From a virus: 64,000 nucleotides of DNA. This document shows positions 29,037 to 38,430 of this stretch, piece after piece. Each line of letters opens with the position of its first letter. Position 1 is the stretch's first letter. The stretch spans positions 64,001 through 128,000 of the IMG/VR virus record IMGVR_UViG_3300024348_000005; one strand, 5' to 3'. The translations under genes and the position numbers were made by a program. Under the pieces are notes generated by a model. The model was not told the DNA's origin. It did no database searches and worked only from the letters and a program-made list of their open reading frames with translations.

Positions 29037-32000
29037 ATGGCAAACGAATTTAGAGTCAAAAATGGCCTCGTTGTATCGGGGTCTGCAGAAATACAAAACG
29101 ATTTAATCGTTCAAGGTACAATAACAGCAAAAGAAATACATACAAGTTTAGTTACTTCGTCTGTTATTTTTGAATCAGGTTCGACCAAATTTGGTAACAC
29201 TAATGATGATACTCATCAATTTACGGGTAGTTTAAATATATCAGGTTCATTAATTCTTAATGATACCAATTTTTCAGCATTTACTTCAGGAACAAGTGGA
29301 ACTTCAGGAACGTCAGGTAGTAGTGGAACCGCGGGAACTTCAGGTTCTTCAGGTTCAAGTGGTTCTTCAGGTTCTAGTGGTAGTTCAGGAACATCCGGTA
29401 CGTCCGGAACCTCAGGTTCTTCAGGAAGTTCAGGTACTTCAGGTTCAAGTGGTTCCTCAGGTTTAGCGGGAAGTAGTGGAACATCGGGAACATCAGGTTC
29501 TAATGGTTCTTCAGGAACGGCTGGTACTTCAGGTACTTCGGGTTCTTCAGGAACTGGCGGAACGTCAGGTTCTTCAGGTTCTAGTGGTTCATCAGGAACT
29601 TCGGGTTCATCAGGAAGTTCAGGTAGTTCAGGTACGAGCGGAACATCGGGGTCTAGTGGGTCTTCAGGAACATCAGGTTCTTCAGGTTCAAGTGGTTCTT
29701 CAGGTTTAAGTGGATCTTCAGGTTCAAGTGGTTCTTCAGGAACAGCAGGAACTTCAGGTTCATCAGGAACAAGTGGAACCGCAGGCACTTCGGGTACCTC
29801 GGGAAGTTCAGGTAGTAGTGGTAGTAGTGGTAGTAACGGCACATCGGGTAGTTCGGGAAGTTCAGGTTCAAGTGGAACATCAGGTTCCTCAGGTAGTTCA
29901 GGTTCTTCAGGAACTGCGGGTACAAGTGGGTCTTCAGGTACATCAGGTTCTTCGGGTTCAAGCGGAACATCTGGTTCTAGTGGTTCTTCAGGAACTGCAG
30001 GAACATCAGGTTCAAGTGGTAGTTCAGGTGTATCAGGTACAAGTGGAAGTTCGGGTAGTACCGGCACGTCAGGTACATCAGGTACTTCAGGTTCAAGCGG
30101 TTCTTCGGGTTCTTCAGGAAGTTCAGGTATTAGTGGTACTAATGGAACGTCAGGAACAAGTGGTAGTAGTGGTTCAAGTGGAACATCAGGTTCTAGTGGT
30201 TCAAGTGGAAGTTCTGGCACATCAGGTACAAGTGGAAGTTCTGGTACATCGGGGTCTTCAGGTTCAAGCGGTACATCTGGTAGTTCAGGTTCTTCAGGTA
30301 CCGCAGGAACAAGTGGTTCAAACGGAACGTCAGGAACGTCCGGTTCGAGTGGAAGTTCTGGTGTGTCGGGTAGTTCAGGTGTATCAGGTTCATCAGGAAC
30401 ATCAGGTACTAGTGGTTCATCAGGTTCAAGTGGTTCATCAGGAAGTTCGGGTACATCAGGTTCTTCTGGTAGTAGTGGAACAAATGGACTTACGGGTACA
30501 TCAGGAACATCAGGTTCATCTGGTTCAACAACAGTTGGGGCATATGAATCTATGACTGTTACATCGGGAAGTACCACATGGAACTTTCAACACAATTTAG
30601 GAGCAAAATATCCTGTTTTTCAAGTATTTGACCAAAATGATAAAGTCATAATACCGACTGAAATACGTGTTATAGATTTATACAATGCTGAAATTTTATT
30701 TTCACAACCTCAAACAGGAACAGTTAGTGTTACGTTAGGTAAAAGTGGAGGAGGATCATCGGGTACTTCAGGTAGTTCAGGTAGTTCAGGAACAAGTGGT
30801 ACTTCGGGTTTAAGTGGTTCAAGCGGAAGTTCTGGATTATCAGGTACTAACGGTTCATCAGGTTCTAGTGGTACTGCAGGTTCTTCAGGAACAAGTGGAG
30901 CGTCGGGTTCATCTGGTTCAGGTGGTACTTCAGGTTCATCAGGAACAAGTGGTAGAGATGGTATTGGAGGTACAACACAAACATTTGCATCATCCACAAC
31001 ATGGTCTGTAGCTCATAATTTAGGTACTGATTTTCCGGTGGTAACTGTTTGGGATGATAATAAAAATGTTGTCATTCCAAATCAAATAAAATCAATTAAT
31101 TCAAACAATCTTGATGTTTATTTTGGTAATCCAATTTCAGGTAGTATTAATGTAGTTTATGGTGGACACGTTGTTAGTGGTGCTATTGATACATCGGCAG
31201 TTGGACACATTGTACCATCACTTGATAATACATATGATTTAGGATCACCATCAAAACAATTTAGAGACTTATACTTATCAAGTGCTTCGTTATATATTGA
31301 TGGACAAAAAGTTTTAAGTTCAACAAATCAAGAATTACAGATTACAACCGATACGGGTCAATCAATTAAGATTTTAGAAGATGGTAGTGATAATATAATT
31401 TTACAAACTGTTGATGGTGATGTTGAATTAAAATCTTCGGGTGGAGGTGATATATTATTAGACCCTACCGCAGGTTTAATTTCGGTTAAAGGAACATTAC
31501 AAGTACAAGATGGTAGTAAAATTACAAGTTCAGGAGCAACTAAAGTTGTTTTTGGAAATGATATTGAGGTAACAGGTTCAATTAGAACAAATGGTACATT
31601 GATTATAAATGGTGTTTCATTCTCAGCAATGACATCAGGAACCTCAGGAACAAGTGGTACTAGTGGTTCATCAGGTACTAGTGGGTCTTCAGGTTCTAAT
31701 GGATCAAGTGGTTCATCAGGAACAGCTGGTAGTTCGGGGTCTAGTGGAACATCAGGTTCTGGTGGTTCATCAGGAACTGCCGGTACAAGTGGAACGTCAG
31801 GTTCAAGTGGAACATCAGGTAGTTCGGGGTCTAATGGTTCAAGTGGTTCATCGGGAGATTCAATATTTGCACAAACAGGGTCTATATGGTCAGCAACTAA
31901 AGATGTTGAAATTACCGGCTCATTAAAAGTTAAAGGTGCAATTACAGCCGACGAACTTTATATGACATATGTCACATCATCCGTTATGTATTCATCAGGG

Positions 32001-32780
32001 TCAACTAAATTTGGTGATACATTAGATGATACACATCAAGTTACGGGTAGTTTAAGTATAACAGGTTCATTATCGATAAATGGAACATCATATACCGCGG
32101 CAACATCAGGAACTAGTGGTTCATCAGGAACATCAGGAACTGCTGGTTCTTCAGGAACGTCAGGTTCTAGCGGTAGTAATGGTTCTTCAGGAACGTCAGG
32201 TTCTAGCGGAACTTCAGGTTCAAGCGGTTCTTCAGGAACATCAGGTTCTTCAGGAACATCAGGTTCATCAGGTTCATCAGGTAGTTCAGGTTCATCAGGT
32301 ACATCGGGAAGTAGTGGTTCTTCAGGTTCTAGCGGAACTTCAGGTTCTTCAGGTTCTTCAGGTACATCGGGAAGTAGTGGTTCTTCAGGTTCTAGCGGAA
32401 CTTCAGGAAGTTCAGGTTCTAACGGTTCTTCAGGTTCTAGTGGTACAACAACAATCACAAATGCGGTTGATAATAGAGTAATGACGAGTGTTGGTGGTGT
32501 TACATTAAATGCTGAAGCCAATTTAACATTTGACGGATCAACATTAACGGTAGCGGGTAACGTTTTACCTGAAGCAACCGGAACAAGAGATTTGGGTTCT
32601 TCATCATATCGTTGGAGTACAGTTTATACATCGGATTTATCCTTAAACAACGGAATAGGTGATTGGACAATAGTAGAAGGTGAAGATGATTTATTCTTAT
32701 ACAATAATAAGAAGGGTAAAGTTTACAAATTTGCATTAACCGAAGTTGACCCTAATGTTGCAACTCCTAAAAAATCTTAA
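29037..32780 (+). CDS. 1247-aa fibre protein with Gly-X-Y repeats
   Basis: MANEFRVKNGL start, four repeat tracts, YDLGSPSKQFRDLY, C-terminal GDWTIVEGEDDLFLYNNKKGKVYKFALTEV resembling fibre proteins of T4-like aquatic phages. Confidence 0.8.
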   Translation: MANEFRVKNGLVVSGSAEIQNDLIVQGTITAKEIHTSLVTSSVIFESGSTKFGNTNDDTHQFTGSLNISGSLILNDTNFSAFTSGTSGTSGTSGSSGTAGTSGSSGSSGSSGSSGSSGTSGTSGTSGSSGSSGTSGSSGSSGLAGSSGTSGTSGSNGSSGTAGTSGTSGSSGTGGTSGSSGSSGSSGTSGSSGSSGSSGTSGTSGSSGSSGTSGSSGSSGSSGLSGSSGSSGSSGTAGTSGSSGTSGTAGTSGTSGSSGSSGSSGSNGTSGSSGSSGSSGTSGSSGSSGSSGTAGTSGSSGTSGSSGSSGTSGSSGSSGTAGTSGSSGSSGVSGTSGSSGSTGTSGTSGTSGSSGSSGSSGSSGISGTNGTSGTSGSSGSSGTSGSSGSSGSSGTSGTSGSSGTSGSSGSSGTSGSSGSSGTAGTSGSNGTSGTSGSSGSSGVSGSSGVSGSSGTSGTSGSSGSSGSSGSSGTSGSSGSSGTNGLTGTSGTSGSSGSTTVGAYESMTVTSGSTTWNFQHNLGAKYPVFQVFDQNDKVIIPTEIRVIDLYNAEILFSQPQTGTVSVTLGKSGGGSSGTSGSSGSSGTSGTSGLSGSSGSSGLSGTNGSSGSSGTAGSSGTSGASGSSGSGGTSGSSGTSGRDGIGGTTQTFASSTTWSVAHNLGTDFPVVTVWDDNKNVVIPNQIKSINSNNLDVYFGNPISGSINVVYGGHVVSGAIDTSAVGHIVPSLDNTYDLGSPSKQFRDLYLSSASLYIDGQKVLSSTNQELQITTDTGQSIKILEDGSDNIILQTVDGDVELKSSGGGDILLDPTAGLISVKGTLQVQDGSKITSSGATKVVFGNDIEVTGSIRTNGTLIINGVSFSAMTSGTSGTSGTSGSSGTSGSSGSNGSSGSSGTAGSSGSSGTSGSGGSSGTAGTSGTSGSSGTSGSSGSNGSSGSSGDSIFAQTGSIWSATKDVEITGSLKVKGAITADELYMTYVTSSVMYSSGSTKFGDTLDDTHQVTGSLSITGSLSINGTSYTAATSGTSGSSGTSGTAGSSGTSGSSGSNGSSGTSGSSGTSGSSGSSGTSGSSGTSGSSGSSGSSGSSGTSGSSGSSGSSGTSGSSGSSGTSGSSGSSGSSGTSGSSGSNGSSGSSGTTTITNAVDNRVMTSVGGVTLNAEANLTFDGSTLTVAGNVLPEATGTRDLGSSSYRWSTVYTSDLSLNNGIGDWTIVEGEDDLFLYNNKKGKVYKFALTEVDPNVATPKKS

Positions 32781-32783
32781 AAT

Positions 32784-33032
32784 ATGGAAAACAGAAAATA
32801 TATAATTTTTAATGTCAGTGAATTAGATAAAATTGACTTTAATCAAGTTCAAGAAACATCAGTAGATACAATTAGAAAATCTGTTGATGAAACATTAACG
32901 TTTGTAAAATATGATGGAGATGAAATGCCGTCAAGTGTATCATCTTTAACAACAAAACAAGGACCATACACACAAACGGAAATACTTGAAATAATAAACA
33001 CACCTGAATGGTCTGTAGAGATAACACCTTAA
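32784..33032 (+). CDS. Small fibre-associated protein
   Basis: IDFNQVQETSVDTIRKS...FVKY...EILEIINTPEW; lies between the fibre and LamG genes. Confidence 0.55.
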   Translation: MENRKYIIFNVSELDKIDFNQVQETSVDTIRKSVDETLTFVKYDGDEMPSSVSSLTTKQGPYTQTEILEIINTPEWSVEITP

Positions 33033-33035
33033 TAG

Positions 33036-33743
33036 ATGCCAATTAATATAAACGGAAATATTGTTAATAGTCAAATTGCCAGTACTTTAAATTACAAAAG
33101 TATCGTTACTAGAGGATTGAGTATTCATTTTGACGCATCAGCAAAAGATTCATATCCCGAAACAGGAACCAGTTGGTTTGATTTAGTTACATCTACAACC
33201 GGTACTTTACAAAACGGACCAACTTATTCAAGTGATGGTAATGGGAGTATTTCTTTTGATGGAACAAACGATTATATAAGTACTTCAAATATTTCAACGT
33301 CTTTTGCTGGAGGAGCAACATTAGAAATGTGGGTAAATTTAATAAGTAAAGATAGAAATCAAGGATTTATAGATTACGGTGGTGGTGGAAAGTATATAAA
33401 CTTTTATATGCCATCTTCCAATTATATGAGATGGGAAGTAATTGGAACAACCGCAAATCCATATAATACTATTACTACAACTACTGCTTTTCAAACTGGA
33501 ATTTGGTATCACGTAGTTGGAACTTTTAATGGTGCTAATATGTATCTATATTTAAATGGATCACAACAATCAACTGGAGCGTTGACTAATGTACCCACAG
33601 ATATGAATGTATCTTTTACGATAGGTAGTTATGCTGGATATGGAAACGCTAAAATAGCGGTAGGAAGATTTTATAATAGACCATTAACTGCTGCCGAAGT
33701 TTTACAAAACTATAACGCACAAAAAAATAGATTTGGATTATAA
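33036..33743 (+). CDS. LamG/ConA-like lectin domain protein
   Basis: GLSIHFDA..SYP, FDGTNDY, WYHVVGT, LYLNG, QNYNAQKNRFGL. Confidence 0.85.
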   Translation: MPININGNIVNSQIASTLNYKSIVTRGLSIHFDASAKDSYPETGTSWFDLVTSTTGTLQNGPTYSSDGNGSISFDGTNDYISTSNISTSFAGGATLEMWVNLISKDRNQGFIDYGGGGKYINFYMPSSNYMRWEVIGTTANPYNTITTTTAFQTGIWYHVVGTFNGANMYLYLNGSQQSTGALTNVPTDMNVSFTIGSYAGYGNAKIAVGRFYNRPLTAAEVLQNYNAQKNRFGL

Positions 33744-33753
33744 AAAATAAATT

Positions 33754-34482
33754 ATGCCATTTAATATAGGAGGACACATATATAACGGAACACATGCGGA
33801 TGTTGAAGATTATAAAAATGTAATTACTAGAGGATTGGTGTTACATTTAGATGCATCAGCACTAGAATCTTATCCAGGTTCAGGAACAAGTTGGAGTGAT
33901 TTATCAGGAAATAATAATAATGGTACTTTAACAAATGGACCAACATTTAGTAGTGGTAATCAAGGGTATATTAATTTTGATGGTACTAATGATTATGTAA
34001 CTATTCCTGATTCTTCAAATTGGGATTTTGGTACTGGAGAGTTCTCGATAGAAATGTGGATTTATTTAGATGGAGCTCAACCACAAAATTATTCAGGATA
34101 TATAGGTACTTTTCAATCAAAATGGCCAGCATCAGGATGGGTTATAATGAATTCACCCGGTACTACTATGAGAAATTATTCAAATGACGGAACTTACGAA
34201 ACAACTATATCAACTAATACTGACTTAAATCAATGGAAACACGTTGTATTAACTAGAGTTGGTAATACTGGATATATGTATATAAATAATTCATCTGTTG
34301 GTACTCAAAGTTGGACTAATGCCGCGTTTAATAATACGGGAAACCCTCTTTTAATAGGGGCAGGTAGTGGAGATCATTCTAAAATACGAGTTGCATCTGT
34401 TAAAATATATAAAGGAGTTGGTTTTACAAGTACAATGGTTACACAAAACTACAACATACAAAAATCAAGGTTTGGTTTATAG
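33754..34482 (+). CDS. LamG/ConA-like lectin domain protein (paralog)
   Basis: GLVLHLDA..SYPGSG..W.DLSGNNNNGTL, FDGTNDY, WKHVVLTR. Confidence 0.85.
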   Translation: MPFNIGGHIYNGTHADVEDYKNVITRGLVLHLDASALESYPGSGTSWSDLSGNNNNGTLTNGPTFSSGNQGYINFDGTNDYVTIPDSSNWDFGTGEFSIEMWIYLDGAQPQNYSGYIGTFQSKWPASGWVIMNSPGTTMRNYSNDGTYETTISTNTDLNQWKHVVLTRVGNTGYMYINNSSVGTQSWTNAAFNNTGNPLLIGAGSGDHSKIRVASVKIYKGVGFTSTMVTQNYNIQKSRFGL

Positions 34483-34506
34483 AAATATTTTTCTTATATT
34501 ATAGAT

Positions 34507-35238
34507 ATGAATAATATTGGTATAGGAATAATGTGTTTCGGAGACGATTACTATTTTAGAGGTACTAAAGAAAAAGTTAAGGAATTTAATTCTTTAAATT
34601 ATCCTGTCTATATTATCACAGACAAACCAAATGAATTCCCAACTAACAATCTAATAAATGTTATATATTATGATAGACAAATAAAGTCATATCATGATAA
34701 AATGTTATTACCAAAATACATTTTAGAGAACCACGAAATTTGTATCATATTAGATGCCGATTTACACATCAAAGATTATTCATTTTTAAAAAAATTAAAG
34801 GATTACCAATTCTTAGTAGGTATTTCATATATAGACACACTTCTAAATCATCCGGCAAAAATAGTATTCAATAACAATTTCAATTTTAATGAATTGGAGT
34901 GGGTACCTTATAAAAAATACATAGATTATGTTTACGAACCGATATTAGGGTATGAAACAATTTGGGAATATATGTTAATAGTTAATAAATTTGGATTTAA
35001 CCAAGAGAAGTTCTACAACGAATATGAAAAATTACAAATTGTTAAAGAATATTCGGATTTGTCAGTAAAAAAAGATATATTAGGTAATGGGGAAGGTATT
35101 TCCATAAGAGTAAGTTCAATTTTATCCGATACATTAATACAAAGAGATTTTGAATTGTATGAAATGATAAAAGATAAGGTTGAAAGTATAAGTAAAAAAT
35201 TCACAAGACCTGAGTTATGGCCGATATGGATGAAATGA
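34507..35238 (+). CDS. Putative GT-A fold glycosyltransferase
   Basis: YIITD strand and DxD motif IILDADLH; first gene of the glycan cluster. Confidence 0.45.
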   Translation: MNNIGIGIMCFGDDYYFRGTKEKVKEFNSLNYPVYIITDKPNEFPTNNLINVIYYDRQIKSYHDKMLLPKYILENHEICIILDADLHIKDYSFLKKLKDYQFLVGISYIDTLLNHPAKIVFNNNFNFNELEWVPYKKYIDYVYEPILGYETIWEYMLIVNKFGFNQEKFYNEYEKLQIVKEYSDLSVKKDILGNGEGISIRVSSILSDTLIQRDFELYEMIKDKVESISKKFTRPELWPIWMK

Positions 35239-35966
35239 TTAGTAATCAAGAGTTTATAAAGAAAAACATTACCACGAATGATGGTGAACCGGTTCCATAT
35301 AGATGGACACATGGGGCAACCGATGAACATTTAGGTGATGGTATCCTCGTATACTCTTTAATTCAACACATGAGGTCCAAAAACTGTGTTTGTATAGGTT
35401 CGGGTGGTGGATACATACCAAGGATAATAACACAGGCTAGAATTGATTTATATAAACAAGGAATATTTGAAGGAAATGGAGACTATAATTGGGGTAACAT
35501 TGGTGCTACTTATGTTGTTGACGCTTGTAATGGTGTTGGTGGTCCTAACGATTTGGATAATGAAGACTCATTCTACAGGAAGAAGTTTTATCCGAGGTTT
35601 ATTAAATCAACTTCTGTCGACGCGTATCATGATTTTTTTGTTAGACAAGATATTAAAATAGATTTCTTGTTTATCGATGGAGACCACTCATATGAAGGGG
35701 TTAAATTAGATTTCGAATTATATTCAAACTTATTATCTGATAATGGTATAATTGTTATACACGACACAGATGAACAATATGAAGAATCGATGATTATTTC
35801 AGAAGATTCCAAAAAAGACCACCATCGATTTGATGGTCCGGCAAAATTTATTAAAGAATTACAAAAAAATCCTACCTATAATTTGATTAATTTATTTAAT
35901 TTTCGTATATTATCTACTAAACCTACATCAAGTGGTTTAACGATAATAAACAAAAAACATGATTAG
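35235..35966 (+). CDS. Class I SAM-dependent methyltransferase (Methyltransf_24-like)
   Basis: IGSGGG, IDFLFIDGDHSYEGVKLDF, GIIVIHD; ATG at 35235 overlaps the previous stop. Confidence 0.85.
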   Translation: MISNQEFIKKNITTNDGEPVPYRWTHGATDEHLGDGILVYSLIQHMRSKNCVCIGSGGGYIPRIITQARIDLYKQGIFEGNGDYNWGNIGATYVVDACNGVGGPNDLDNEDSFYRKKFYPRFIKSTSVDAYHDFFVRQDIKIDFLFIDGDHSYEGVKLDFELYSNLLSDNGIIVIHDTDEQYEESMIISEDSKKDHHRFDGPAKFIKELQKNPTYNLINLFNFRILSTKPTSSGLTIINKKHD

Positions 35967-36807
35967 ATTAGTAACAGTTATTGGTCACGGCTCGAACTTA
36001 ATCCCACATTTTATTAATCATTACGAAACCAAAGTTGATGAAATCAACATGGTCGTTTATGTTTCTGACGTTAATCCAAATTTAGAAGAGGAGGTTTATT
36101 CAAAGGTTAATAATCACCCAAAAGTAAAGATAGTCTCAATTGTAAAAGATAGGGTTTTTGACTGGAACAGGGTAACTGAGTTATATAATCAAACAAAAAA
36201 TTTATATCCGAATGACTGGTGGGTTGTTGCCGACATTGATGAGTTTCATCTTTATTCAGATTCATTATTACAAATTATACACACTTGTAATAAAAACGGA
36301 TATGAATTGGTTCGAGGAGGTTTTATAGACAGAATTGGTCGTGAGGGTGAATTTCCCGAATTAAAAAATGATACATCAATATGGGAACAATTTCCAAACG
36401 CAGGTTTTTTTAGATATCCAATGAGTGATGCTTGTCCTAACAAAGTTTGTATAATGAAAGGACATATTGAAATAACATCCGGACAACATTATGCTAAAAT
36501 AAATGGACAAACAACTTGGAAATGGCAAGGATGGAATCATCCATTAATTAATCCACACGATTCGGTACAGGTTCATCATTTTAAATGGGACTCTACATCA
36601 ATTGAAAGAATAAAATCTGTGGCATCAATAAAACAAGTCTATGCATTTTCAGATGAATACAATAAAATGTACAAATCTTTAAATCAAACAAATTTTAAAA
36701 TTGATTTAATAAATCCTGAATACATGTTTGAACTTGATTTAAAATATCCTAAATTTGAACAATACACAAAATGGAATAAACTATATAACAAAATAATATC
36801 AATATGA
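35959..36807 (+). CDS. GT2-like glycosyltransferase
   Basis: LIPHFINHY, WWVVADIDEF (DxD), HHFKW. Confidence 0.75.
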   Translation: MIRLVTVIGHGSNLIPHFINHYETKVDEINMVVYVSDVNPNLEEEVYSKVNNHPKVKIVSIVKDRVFDWNRVTELYNQTKNLYPNDWWVVADIDEFHLYSDSLLQIIHTCNKNGYELVRGGFIDRIGREGEFPELKNDTSIWEQFPNAGFFRYPMSDACPNKVCIMKGHIEITSGQHYAKINGQTTWKWQGWNHPLINPHDSVQVHHFKWDSTSIERIKSVASIKQVYAFSDEYNKMYKSLNQTNFKIDLINPEYMFELDLKYPKFEQYTKWNKLYNKIISI

Positions 36808-37010
36808 GTACTAAAGTAGAAAAAGAAATCGACGTTTTAGCGTTAGAAACAAGAAAAGTAAAGGCGTTAGAAAAAATTGCCAATTCATTAGATGCCCTAA
36901 CCGTATGGTTTGAGGAAATCGATAAAGAAGAGTGGAGCCAAAGAACTCAATACTATTTGGCAGAATTTCACACGGCAGTAAAACCAAAAGACCCAACAAT
37001 AAATGGATAA
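36804..37010 (+). CDS. Small hypothetical protein
   Basis: 68-aa ORF overlapping both neighbours. Confidence 0.55.
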   Translation: MSTKVEKEIDVLALETRKVKALEKIANSLDALTVWFEEIDKEEWSQRTQYYLAEFHTAVKPKDPTING

Positions 37011-38430
37011 AAAATTAGGGATAATTGTTCCCTATAGAGCAAGAGAAATTCATTTAGAGACATTTAAAAAGAAAATGACTCAATATCTCAATGCAAGAAA
37101 AATGAACTATGAAATAATTGTTGTCCACCAGGACGACGCTAAATTATTTAATAGGGGAATGTTATTGAATATTGGTTTTAAAATTGCTGAAAGTTATGAG
37201 TGTGATTATGTGGTGTTTCACGATGTCGACATGATTCCATTAATTGTCGATTATTCATATAGTGATATTCCATTACATTTAGCAACCGATTTTAAAGGTT
37301 CGGAAGGAGAACCTAAAAGAGAACTATTTGAAGAATATTTTGGAGGAGTAACATTATTCCCAATGGAGGATTTCCGTAAAATTGATGGGTACTCAAACAA
37401 ATATTGGGGTTGGGGATTTGAAGATACCGATTTGTTACATAGATGTCGAAAAAACGATATTAAATTAGATACATGGAAAATTAAAAACACCGGTTCTAAT
37501 GGACTCGCGTTAAAATTTAATGGACACAATGCATATGTTAAAGGAATTAATAAATTTAATTTAAATAATAATTTAACAATATTTGTTTCCTTTTATCCTG
37601 ATGATTTTATATGTAATCACGAAAAAGATTCTGACGATTTTTCTATTTTTTCAATACCAGGATATGATACCTCAATATCATTTAATTCATTCTCAAGATA
37701 TAATTTCTGTACATTTAGTGAAGAAGAAAAAAATGTTTTTTATGCCAACTCAAATATTAAACCAAATTATAAAACAAATATTTGTGTAAGGTTTAATGTT
37801 ACTGAAAAAATCATTAGTGTGTTTCAAGATGGTGAATTAATTGAAGATATAAATCATTTTGAAAAATTAATAAAATACAATAAAGAGTCATTCTTTTATT
37901 TAGGTGTTGGAGACCCAAATAGAGAACACGATTTAAAATATTTTAAAGGACATATGGATTCGTTTGCTGTTTTTAATGACATATTGGAAGATGAAGAGAT
38001 TAAGGAAATATCAAAAAATCGTTACTTCGGATTAACCCAAAATTTCGGTAATTACATATCCTCACACACATTACAAACCTACTACGATGCTAAACATATA
38101 AAAGATTATAAATTAATGGATTTATCGGGTAACGGTAACCATGGTGAAATTGTAAATTGTGAAATAACTGAATTAGAATTTGAACCATATAAAGAAGTAA
38201 AAATACCATTTAGAAGAGAATCTAAATTTGGTTCACTTTTTCATGAAGAAAATGGTTTCTTCGATAATAAATGGAAACAACAATCAACCAGATGGAATCA
38301 ATTAAGATTTCAAAATGAAGTTCTATTGGATGATAATTTAATCAAAAACGATGGACTGTCAACGTTAGAATTCATTGAACACGGCAGAACACATGAAAAT
38401 AAAATAACACATATTAATATTGGTATATGA
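37003..38430 (+). CDS. GT7 (beta-1,4-galactosyltransferase-like) glycosyltransferase with inserted LamG-like domain
   Basis: IIVPYR, FNRGMLLNIG, FHDVD, YFGGV, GYSNKYWGWGFEDTD; insert about 37500-38160; GT7 C-terminus resumes and ends with DGLSTL. Confidence 0.88.
   Translation: MDKKLGIIVPYRAREIHLETFKKKMTQYLNARKMNYEIIVVHQDDAKLFNRGMLLNIGFKIAESYECDYVVFHDVDMIPLIVDYSYSDIPLHLATDFKGSEGEPKRELFEEYFGGVTLFPMEDFRKIDGYSNKYWGWGFEDTDLLHRCRKNDIKLDTWKIKNTGSNGLALKFNGHNAYVKGINKFNLNNNLTIFVSFYPDDFICNHEKDSDDFSIFSIPGYDTSISFNSFSRYNFCTFSEEEKNVFYANSNIKPNYKTNICVRFNVTEKIISVFQDGELIEDINHFEKLIKYNKESFFYLGVGDPNREHDLKYFKGHMDSFAVFNDILEDEEIKEISKNRYFGLTQNFGNYISSHTLQTYYDAKHIKDYKLMDLSGNGNHGEIVNCEITELEFEPYKEVKIPFRRESKFGSLFHEENGFFDNKWKQQSTRWNQLRFQNEVLLDDNLIKNDGLSTLEFIEHGRTHENKITHINIGI

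Larger units (their letters stand above)
21770..32445 (+). repeat. Eleven degenerate 9-nt-period tracts encoding (S/A)-G-(S/T)
   Basis: Approximate tracts: 21770-21940, 22170-22615, 23480-24500, 24755-25435, 26175-26875, 27130-27630, 27860-28490, 29285-30525, 30757-30955, 31635-31855, 32105-32445. Confidence 0.95.

Noticed and set aside
21770-32445. CRISPR array or non-coding satellite
   Set aside because: The period is 9 nt with synonymous variation inside open frames; there is no repeat-spacer structure
22039-32521. Long antisense Pro-rich ORFs (PEEPLEPDV) and alternate-frame VLQVHQE ORFs
   Set aside because: Shadows of the Gly-X-Y codon repeats, which lack stops in those frames; they largely end at the tract borders
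23153-32780. InaZ-type ice nucleation protein
   Set aside because: No AGYGSTxT 8/16-residue periodicity; the period is three residues
15527-34482. Diversity-generating retroelement acting on the fibres
   Set aside because: No reverse transcriptase and no repeat pair differing only at adenines was seen
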